Virus record (IMG/VR): IMGVR_UViG_3300023257_000007
Span: 62,001-126,000 of that record
Strand: one strand, 5' to 3'
DNA length: 64,000 nucleotides
Made by a program: the position numbers and the translations under genes. How positions within the stretch are numbered: position 1 is the first letter of the stretch; each line of letters starts with the position of its first letter. This document shows positions 57,034 through 64,000 of the stretch, in pieces. The notes beneath the pieces were generated by a model that was not told the DNA's origin, did no database searches, and worked only from the letters and a program-made list of their open reading frames with translations.

Positions 57034-57864
57034 ATGATTATTTGTGAAATTTGTAAAAAAGAATTAAAAAATAGAAAATCTTTAGGATCACATTTGTGTA
57101 AATCACATAAAGAAATATCAACTAAAAAATATTATGACAAATATTTTCTCATAGAAAATGAAAATATTTGTAAAAATGAAAATTGTAATAATACAACTAA
57201 TCAATTTAAAGGTTTAACTAAAGGTTATATTAAATCATACTGTTCAATTTCTTGTGCTAGAAAATCAAAAGAAGTTATAGAAAAACAGAAAAAAACATGT
57301 TTAGAAAAATATGATAATGAAAATTATAGAAATATAAACTCATATAAAAAAACGTGTTTAGAAAAATATGGTAAAGAAAATGCTTTATGTAAAGGCACTA
57401 AATCATATAATAAAAAAATAAATACATGTTTAGAAAAATATGGCGTTGAAAATGTATTTAGTGATGATGATATATGTAAAAAAATAAGATTAACAAATGA
57501 AAAAAGTGGTTTTTGGCAAAAAAGAGATGTGTTAAATAATTTTCAACATTATTATGAAGAAGTTAAGAAACTAACAAACAAAAACAAAAAATTATTATTT
57601 GAAAAATGGAATGGTGACGATTATTATGATAATGAATATATTTTTAATAATTTTGTATTAAATAATAATGATAACAATTATCCTAGTGTAGATCACAAAA
57701 AATCAATAAAATATTGTTTCATAAATAAAATATCACCAAAAAAGTGTTCAAATATTGACAATTTGTGCATTACTAAAAGAATTATTAATATTATTAAAAA
57801 TAGTGATGATGAATTAGAATTTAAAAATCAATTAAAACAAATAGTAATAGATAAAAAAGATTAA
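57034..57864 (+). CDS. Putative homing endonuclease-like protein: C2H2 finger, CLEKYG repeats, C-terminal HNH-like DH..N motif
   Basis: CEIC..SHL..SH, three KTCLEKY(G/D) repeats, PSVDHKKS..NL.IT..IN..K; own TATATA at 57019-57024. Confidence 0.72.
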   Translation: MIICEICKKELKNRKSLGSHLCKSHKEISTKKYYDKYFLIENENICKNENCNNTTNQFKGLTKGYIKSYCSISCARKSKEVIEKQKKTCLEKYDNENYRNINSYKKTCLEKYGKENALCKGTKSYNKKINTCLEKYGVENVFSDDDICKKIRLTNEKSGFWQKRDVLNNFQHYYEEVKKLTNKNKKLLFEKWNGDDYYDNEYIFNNFVLNNNDNNYPSVDHKKSIKYCFINKISPKKCSNIDNLCITKRIINIIKNSDDELEFKNQLKQIVIDKKD

Positions 57865-57868
57865 TTAA

Positions 57869-58261
57869 ATGAAAAATAAAATTAAAAAAGAACGCTTAAT
57901 AGCGATGAAAAATAAAGAAAACATTAAAAAGAATGTTCTAGGTGTCTTATTAGGAGAATTAGATAGAGTAGATAAAGATCCTACTAAAGAACAAATTATT
58001 AAAACTATTAAAAAAATAATAGATGCAAATATTGAAGTTGGTTCAGAAATTACACTAAAAGAAAATGAAATATTACAAAAATATATGCCACAATTATTAT
58101 CAAATTCTGAATTAGAAATTATTATTAATACTCAAATATCATATAACGAATATAAAGGTATAAAAGACATGGGTAAAATAATGGGATTTCTTTCCAGTAA
58201 TTATATAGGTCAATATGATGGTAAAAAAGCAAGTGAAATAATAAGAATTAAATTAAATTAA
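57869..58261 (+). CDS. GatB/YqeY-domain protein
   Basis: LGVLLGELDR, E.EIL.KYMPQLLS..EL, KDMGKIMG, DGK.AS. Confidence 0.85.
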   Translation: MKNKIKKERLIAMKNKENIKKNVLGVLLGELDRVDKDPTKEQIIKTIKKIIDANIEVGSEITLKENEILQKYMPQLLSNSELEIIINTQISYNEYKGIKDMGKIMGFLSSNYIGQYDGKKASEIIRIKLN

Positions 58262-58264
58262 AAA

Positions 58265-58771
58265 ATGGAAGTAAAAAAAGTATTAGAAAAAAGAATGTAT
58301 TTCTTAACAATGTATAATATATCACCTATTCAAAAAGGTATTCAGTGTGGTCATGCAGCGTTAAGATATGTGAAAGAATGGAAAAATGAAAAAGATGTCT
58401 GGGATTTTATTGAGGATCATGAAACATGGATTATTTTAAATGGTGGAACATCTAATATTGGTGGTTTTGGAAGAGATAAAAACAAATTACACATAGAAGG
58501 AACAATGGAAAAACATTTAAAAACATTAATTGAATATAGAATTAAATGTACACCTTTTTATGAACCAGATTTAAATAATTCATTAACATCAATTTGTTTT
58601 ATTGTTGATGAAAGAGTTTTTAATAAAGAAGATTATCCAGATTTAGATGATTATTTACAAAATGATACTGGTGAATGGAGAGGTAAGACATATGACAAAT
58701 GGTTAAATATAATAGGTGGTGAAAAGATAGCTTTCTTAAAAGAATTTTTATCACAATTCAAATTAGCATAA
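58265..58771 (+). CDS. Peptidyl-tRNA hydrolase 2 (PTH2)-like protein
   Basis: MY......S.IQKGIQ.GHAA, IIL.GG, FYEPDLNNSLTSICF. Confidence 0.72.
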   Translation: MEVKKVLEKRMYFLTMYNISPIQKGIQCGHAALRYVKEWKNEKDVWDFIEDHETWIILNGGTSNIGGFGRDKNKLHIEGTMEKHLKTLIEYRIKCTPFYEPDLNNSLTSICFIVDERVFNKEDYPDLDDYLQNDTGEWRGKTYDKWLNIIGGEKIAFLKEFLSQFKLA

Positions 58772-58799
58772 TATTAATTAAACATTAAAAATATACAAC

Positions 58800-60083
58800 A
58801 TGGCAAAAAAACAAAATCCAAACAATACTAAAAAAATTAGTAAAAAGAAAGTAGAAGATTTAAAGAAAAGATTGGAAAATGAACAAAAACCATTTATACA
58901 TCAATACCCAATTAAAAATCTAAATGAAAAGGAAGAAAATTATTTCAGACAAATGGCATCAAAAGAAGGTGTACTATTTATAATGTCTGAACCTGGTTTA
59001 GCTAAATCAGCTATGATGAGGAGTATATCAAGTAAACTAAATCTACATTATATTGATCTTAGATTAAGTATGATGGATGAAACAGATGTTGGTCTTTTTC
59101 CAGACAAAGACGAAATAGAAGTTGAAATTAATGGTGTGGTTAGAACAGAAAAATTCCTATCTCACATTATACCAGAATGGGCTTGGTCTGCAAACAATCC
59201 ACCAAATAATAAAATTGGAACATTAATTCACTTTGAAGAATTAAATAGAGCACCATTATCAGTTAGAAATGCATCTTTGCAGATTCTTCTTGAAAGAACC
59301 ATTGGATTTAGAGGGTTTAAATTCAATGAAAATGTATTTATGGTATCAAGTGGTAATTTAGGTGATGAAGATGGTACAGATGTTGAAGAATTTGATGCTG
59401 CTCTTTATGGTAGATTAATTGTTCAAAGACATACATTAAGTTTACCAGATTGGAGAAAATATTATGGTGACGAACATGTACATTCAGCAATTGTAAGTTT
59501 TTTAAATGCCAATCCAGAATATTTCTATGTAAAAAGAAGTGAAAAAGATGAAAATGAAAAAGTATACGCATCACCAAGAAGTTGGACATTCTTAAGTAAA
59601 ATGATTGATGCTAACTATGGTAAAGAAGCATCACCACAACTATTCTTAGATTTTGTGGCTAGAGTCGGCCATGGTTATGTAGGCGCAGCTTGCCAACCAT
59701 TTTTAAGATATTGTAGAGATATTGATAAAATTACTATTCAAGATATTTTAGATAAATATAGTCAATATCAAGATGAAGGAAAGGTATTTATTAGAGATAA
59801 GAGATCTGAATTACTTCAAAAGTTAAGAAAAGTTAAAGTTGCAAAACTTAAACCAATTCAAATTGAAAATGCTAAATTATTTTTATTAGATATTAGAGCC
59901 GATGAAGTTGCAGCATTTATTATAGATATGTTAGATAATGACCTTATATATCATAAAGACCCAACATTAGATGATCAAGATATTCTAGATTTTTTAAGAG
60001 ACCCAAGATTTGAAAAATTTAATGATTTAATATACGAAAATGTAGATGATGATGATGAATTTTTGAATATAAACAAAGATTAA
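58800..60083 (+). CDS. MoxR-like AAA+ ATPase
   Basis: SEPGLAKS, IDLRLS.MDETD, PEW, HFEELNRA, SSGN, ALYGR, ASPRSW. Confidence 0.85.
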   Translation: MAKKQNPNNTKKISKKKVEDLKKRLENEQKPFIHQYPIKNLNEKEENYFRQMASKEGVLFIMSEPGLAKSAMMRSISSKLNLHYIDLRLSMMDETDVGLFPDKDEIEVEINGVVRTEKFLSHIIPEWAWSANNPPNNKIGTLIHFEELNRAPLSVRNASLQILLERTIGFRGFKFNENVFMVSSGNLGDEDGTDVEEFDAALYGRLIVQRHTLSLPDWRKYYGDEHVHSAIVSFLNANPEYFYVKRSEKDENEKVYASPRSWTFLSKMIDANYGKEASPQLFLDFVARVGHGYVGAACQPFLRYCRDIDKITIQDILDKYSQYQDEGKVFIRDKRSELLQKLRKVKVAKLKPIQIENAKLFLLDIRADEVAAFIIDMLDNDLIYHKDPTLDDQDILDFLRDPRFEKFNDLIYENVDDDDEFLNINKD

Positions 60084-60206
60084 CTTTTACATTTTTTAAA
60101 AAAATCCCAAAAACACTTTTTTGGGATTTTTTTTATAAATTTTTAAACATTTTTTATAATTGAGACAATATGAAAGTGATATATAATAAAAAATAAATGA
60201 AATGAA

Positions 60207-60674
60207 ATGAAAAACAAAGATCTTATTACATTAAACACAGCATTACAAGAAGTTTCAAACATAAAAGGTAAAGATTTTGCTTATGCTGTTTTTAAAAATA
60301 AAAATTTAATTGAAAAAGAATTAGAAATTTTTAATAAATTACAAAGAGAACCTCACCCAGAATTTCGAAATTATGAACAAGAAAGAAATATATTGTGTAT
60401 TACACATTCAGTAAAAGATGAAAATGGAAATCCCAATATCAAAGATAATAAATATGAAATAGATGCTGTTCAACAAGTTGATTTTCAAAATGAATTTGAA
60501 GACCTAAAAGAAGAATATAAAGAAGTTATAGAAGATATGCAACAAGCAGAAAAAGATTATAATGATTTTCTTGAAAAAGATTCTTTGATAGTTTTAATTA
60601 AAGTTAAATTTAATGATTTACCAGAAGAAGTTGATGCTGTTTTTTTAGAGAGAATTAAATATATGATTGACTAA
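60207..60674 (+). CDS. Hypothetical helical phage protein (DUF1617-like)
   Basis: L.EVS.IK..FAYAVFKNK..IEKE; resemblance only. Confidence 0.6.
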   Translation: MKNKDLITLNTALQEVSNIKGKDFAYAVFKNKNLIEKELEIFNKLQREPHPEFRNYEQERNILCITHSVKDENGNPNIKDNKYEIDAVQQVDFQNEFEDLKEEYKEVIEDMQQAEKDYNDFLEKDSLIVLIKVKFNDLPEEVDAVFLERIKYMID

Positions 60675-60777
60675 ATTAATCGATAATTAAATAAAATCCT
60701 GCTTTTTTGGTGGGATTTTTTTTATTCTTGAATCTTTTCCTTATATTTAAGTATTAATAATTGAAAAATCAAAAACT

Positions 60778-61614
60778 ATGAAACTAAAATCCTTTATGCC
60801 AACAATTTGTCCGGAATGCGAAAGTAAACTCGTTATTGAAGAAGGTAAAAAAGAGGATGTAATTAGACTTATGTGCAAAAATCCTAAATGTAAAGGAACT
60901 GCTATTAAGAAATTACAAAAAGGTATCAAAGCTTTAGAAATAAGAAATTTAGGACCCTCCACAATAAAAAAACTTTATTTATCAGGGATTGAAAATAGTT
61001 TTGATTTATTTAATCCAGAAATATTTAACGAAGAAAATCTTTGTAATGGATACTTTAAAGAAGGAAGAGCATTAGAAAAAATAATGGATTCAGTTGATAA
61101 TGTTGAATCAATTGCAATTGAAAAAGCCATTCTATCACTTCAAATAATGGTTGAAAAAGAAGAAGGTGAAGGTTTTATATCTATTGGTGAATCTTTATCA
61201 GAACAAATTGGTAGAATGATGTCAGGTGTTGATTTTGATTATGATGGTTTAAGTATTCAAGTAAGAGAAGAAGTACAAAACGAAAAGAGTCCACTTTATC
61301 TTAAAATTAAAAGTGCTCTCCAAGAATTTGAAAATAATGATATTGAAATAGATAAATTTAAAAAAGTTGAACCATTAGATTTATCAAAACTTAAAAAAGT
61401 TAAAAAACAAGTAACACTTATTGGCGAACCAACAACTATTGATATGACAACAGAAGAATTCTTAAACAAATTAGAATGGGGTGTTGTAGATATTAAAAAT
61501 AGTGATATGTTAATCGTTGAAAATAAAAATATAGAAAACGAAATTGTTGAATACGCAAAAGACGAAGGTATTAAGATAATGACATTTAAACAAATTAAAT
61601 TATTATTTCTATAA
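60778..61614 (+). CDS. Stand-alone C-terminal part of NAD-dependent DNA ligase (Zn finger + HhH + degenerate BRCT)
   Basis: PTICPECESKL..MCKNPKC, ALEIRNLGPSTIKKL, IGESLS, C-terminal BRCT-like AK..GIKIM; no adenylation domain. Confidence 0.72.
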   Translation: MKLKSFMPTICPECESKLVIEEGKKEDVIRLMCKNPKCKGTAIKKLQKGIKALEIRNLGPSTIKKLYLSGIENSFDLFNPEIFNEENLCNGYFKEGRALEKIMDSVDNVESIAIEKAILSLQIMVEKEEGEGFISIGESLSEQIGRMMSGVDFDYDGLSIQVREEVQNEKSPLYLKIKSALQEFENNDIEIDKFKKVEPLDLSKLKKVKKQVTLIGEPTTIDMTTEEFLNKLEWGVVDIKNSDMLIVENKNIENEIVEYAKDEGIKIMTFKQIKLLFL

Positions 61615-61901
61615 TATTAAGAAAAAATTAAAATAGTAAAAGAATTTTTTCCAGAATGGGATGGTGATTATGATAATGATGAATTTGAACCAATAAAATG
61701 TGTGACATTACACACCGGTGAAATATTATTGGGAACATAATGACTATCAAAGATGTTAAGTGGACACCAAAAATAAATATATTAACAATTAAGTGTGATT
61801 GTTCTATAGAGTTTTTATGGCCCACAAATGTAAGTTCATGAAGAAGCAAAAACATGGGACGAAAATATAAAAGTCGCAAAACTAAAATTAAATAAATAAA
61901 T

Positions 61902-62153
61902 ATGGCAAAAGTAATTGAAATGACAGGCAGCCCTAAATCAGCGGGTTTTAAAACAAAATCTACTTTTTTAGAAAAATTAGCAGAATTTGGATTTACACAA
62001 TCTAAAATGAAAAAGAAAGATAACCCAGTAGATATATTAGTAACAAATGATCCTGGATCTACAACATCTAAAATGACACTTGCCAATGAATTAGGTGTTG
62101 AAATTATGACTTATGAAGATCTTAAAGATTCATTCAATTTAGAGGTAGATTAA
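61902..62153 (+). CDS. Stand-alone BRCT domain (LigA-type)
   Basis: MTG..KTK..F...L...G..VDILVTND..STTSKM.LA.ELGVEIMTY. Confidence 0.8.
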   Translation: MAKVIEMTGSPKSAGFKTKSTFLEKLAEFGFTQSKMKKKDNPVDILVTNDPGSTTSKMTLANELGVEIMTYEDLKDSFNLEVD

Positions 62154-62196
62154 AAACTTTTTAACTGTAAGACACTATAATATAAACCAAAAAATT

Positions 62197-62646
62197 TTAA
62201 TTGTATTTCGTTCTTCGATTTACTTTTTGAGTTATTTCAAAAAGTAAATCAAGAATATAATTGTCACATTCTTCATTTTTCGTTTCTTCTATTGGAACTG
62301 GATTTTCGAAATTTGGATTTTTTTCCGCTCTTTTTTGATCATCTCTAAACCATTGATCTTCATTAATATAATATTCAAATCTCAAACCATTATCTAAAAT
62401 AATAATTATCATATCATTTTTACTTTCACTAGAATCAGATGAATTACTAAGTCTAACATCTTTAATTTTACCACCAGGTAAAGTTTGTAAAACTTTCCCA
62501 ATATATTCACTAAAATCTAGATCAGATCTATTATTTCTTTGAAATTCTGATTTCCAGTCATCAAATTCATGTCTATCATCTTGATTTAAAGAACCATAAA
62601 TATCTTTAAGTTTATTAAAATTCTCGAATTTTTTTAAGTATTTCAT
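62197..62646 (-). CDS. Hypothetical protein (MKYLKKFENF N-terminus)
   Basis: 149 aa; TATATA leader cassette upstream. Confidence 0.72.
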   Translation of the reverse strand: MKYLKKFENFNKLKDIYGSLNQDDRHEFDDWKSEFQRNNRSDLDFSEYIGKVLQTLPGGKIKDVRLSNSSDSSESKNDMIIIILDNGLRFEYYINEDQWFRDDQKRAEKNPNFENPVPIEETKNEECDNYILDLLFEITQKVNRRTKYN

Positions 62647-62688
62647 AATCGTTTTTTTTTTTTGTGGTTATTGATATTATATATATTA

Positions 62689-62961
62689 TTAAGTTGAAAT
62701 ATTTTTAGAGAAATTTTTTACAAATGGTATATAAATTTCTCTATAAGGTGACTCATTTTTAATTTGAGGGTGTTTATTAACTAGTTTTTTTAACCTATTT
62801 AATTGTTCATCTATATCATCTATTTTAGTAATATCATCTAACATTTCTTCTAAATCTTTTATTTCTAATTTATAAAGACCAAGTTGATCGCTTACTGATT
62901 TCCAATCTTTATCATTATTGAATGTATCATTCCATTCGTTGAATTTTCTTAAGTATTTCAT
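62689..62961 (-). CDS. Hypothetical protein (MKYLRKFNEW N-terminus)
   Basis: 90 aa; leader near-identical to that of the previous gene. Confidence 0.72.
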   Translation of the reverse strand: MKYLRKFNEWNDTFNNDKDWKSVSDQLGLYKLEIKDLEEMLDDITKIDDIDEQLNRLKKLVNKHPQIKNESPYREIYIPFVKNFSKNIST

Positions 62962-63028
62962 AATCTTTTTTTTGGGTTATTGATATTATATATCAACAAA
63001 AAAAAATGGTTTTTAACAAGATTGAAGA

Positions 63029-63433
63029 TTAAAATAATTCTTTTTCTAATTCTTTCATACATTGAATAACACCAAATTTGGTACCTTCCAATATAAAATC
63101 ATATAAAGAAAATATATTATTACTCTTTGGTGAATCATCAAACCAATTATTATCATTACAAATATCATCAACATCACTTTGATATTTCAAATAAAAATTA
63201 AAAATATCTCCATTCTCAACAAAATCTTGTAATTTACCTGGTTCTGGGTCATTAATGTAATCTCTGATAAAATTTTGAACATTAACCAATTCAGTTGTAT
63301 TATCAACTGAATTATCTAATAAATCTAATACTCCTCTCTTTAAAGAAATATATTGTTCGGTTAGTTTATCTTTAAGAGTATCTTCAAGATTCTCTTTTAT
63401 CATTTTTGAATATTCTTCTGTAAATTTTTTCAT
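63029..63433 (-). CDS. Hypothetical protein (MKKFTEE N-terminus)
   Basis: 134 aa; TATATA 5 nt upstream. Confidence 0.72.
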   Translation of the reverse strand: MKKFTEEYSKMIKENLEDTLKDKLTEQYISLKRGVLDLLDNSVDNTTELVNVQNFIRDYINDPEPGKLQDFVENGDIFNFYLKYQSDVDDICNDNNWFDDSPKSNNIFSLYDFILEGTKFGVIQCMKELEKELF

Positions 63434-63456
63434 AAGACTATATATTATTATATTTT

Positions 63457-64000
63457 TTAAAAATCTGATGCATTTAATAATGTGTATTGATAAATACCAC
63501 CTTCCAATTTAGTTCGATATTTTTCACATAAAGACATAAATCTTTGAAAATCAGACCAATAATGTATTACTTGACAACCTGCAGACCATGATTTAACACC
63601 ACTCCCTGGTGATGATTTTTCGGTACCTACCTTAGTAGAATGTATATTAATACCTCCACCTTCACTACTATTAATATTATAATGAAAAGTTCCGTTTTTT
63701 GTAGGATCTCTATGAACTGGTAAATTATAAGTAGGGTTCAACGCTCTATATCTAGCAGAATTAGTTTGTTTATGATATCCAAGTTTATATGTAAATTGTC
63801 CCTCTTTTAAAATTGAACAACCTTTAGAATTTAATAATTTTTTAAGGTAATAAACTCCAGGTTTTGTAGTACATTCAAATTCTTCAACAATATCATCATA
63901 TACAACTAGCATAGTATCATTCCAATTATTCGGTTTATCAGCGTTTCTAACTCCTATTAATTGAAAAGGTTCAATCCATTTGTATTTTTTTAGTTTAAAA
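63457..64000 (-). CDS. L,D-transpeptidase-like (YkuD-type His/Cys) cell-wall enzyme, possible lysin; 5' end outside window
   Basis: LIGVR..N.WND, CTTKPG, GQF, GINIH..WSAGCQV; frame is open to the window edge. Confidence 0.68.
   Translation of the reverse strand, partial: FKLKKYKWIEPFQLIGVRNADKPNNWNDTMLVVYDDIVEEFECTTKPGVYYLKKLLNSKGCSILKEGQFTYKLGYHKQTNSARYRALNPTYNLPVHRDPTKNGTFHYNINSSEGGGINIHSTKVGTEKSSPGSGVKSWSAGCQVIHYWSDFQRFMSLCEKYRTKLEGGIYQYTLLNASDF

Noticed and set aside
61615-61900. Short broken ORFs between the LigA fragments (MTIKDVKWTP...; HEEAKTWDE...)
   Set aside because: Frames are interrupted and short; possibly pseudogene remnants, with insufficient evidence to annotate.
1-64000. 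Alternative genetic code (TAG or TGA reassignment as in some jumbo phages)
   Set aside because: Long conserved genes are intact under code 11, stops coincide with next-gene overlaps, and no suppressor tRNA is present in the cluster.
1-64000. CRISPR array, rRNA, IS transposase or integrase
   Set aside because: No regularly spaced repeat-spacer units, rRNA-like sequence or transposase/integrase motifs were seen.

Overview
This is a 64-kb, very AT-rich segment of a large T4-like (myovirus-type) jumbo bacteriophage genome, read with the standard genetic code. The host is plausibly a Bacteroidota, based on A-rich Shine-Dalgarno-less starts, TAnnTTTG promoter elements and Bacteroidota-like gene families; this is inference. 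It carries a tail module (1292-aa sheath, tube, gp26/gp51-like hub proteins) and replication genes (clamp loader, primase, split LigA C-terminal pieces, a minimal family-A polymerase-like protein). It also has an ECF sigma factor, ClpB, two Dam-like methylases, GuaC/IMPDH, NadD, a MoxR-vWA cluster, PTH2, an RNA ligase and six free-standing endonuclease-like genes. Two RNA loci are missed by the ORF track. (1) A tmRNA (8011-8587, minus) has an unusually long 28-aa tag and a 217-nt ORF-less group I intron inserted in its T-loop, directly beside a free-standing endonuclease. (2) An 8-gene tRNA cluster (Pro, Arg, Thr, Gly, Arg, Val, Val, Ala) is preceded by a 35-codon leader ORF whose 17-residue core uses only those six amino acids, followed by an intrinsic terminator. 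This looks like a ribosome-mediated attenuator controlling a phage tRNA operon and is the most novel candidate system in the window. A palindromic TATATA late-promoter motif precedes the structural genes. One copy sits in the loop of a 25-bp hairpin that buries the start codon of a tRNA-cluster HNH gene. All family assignments come from motif recognition by eye; no database searches or folding programs were run.
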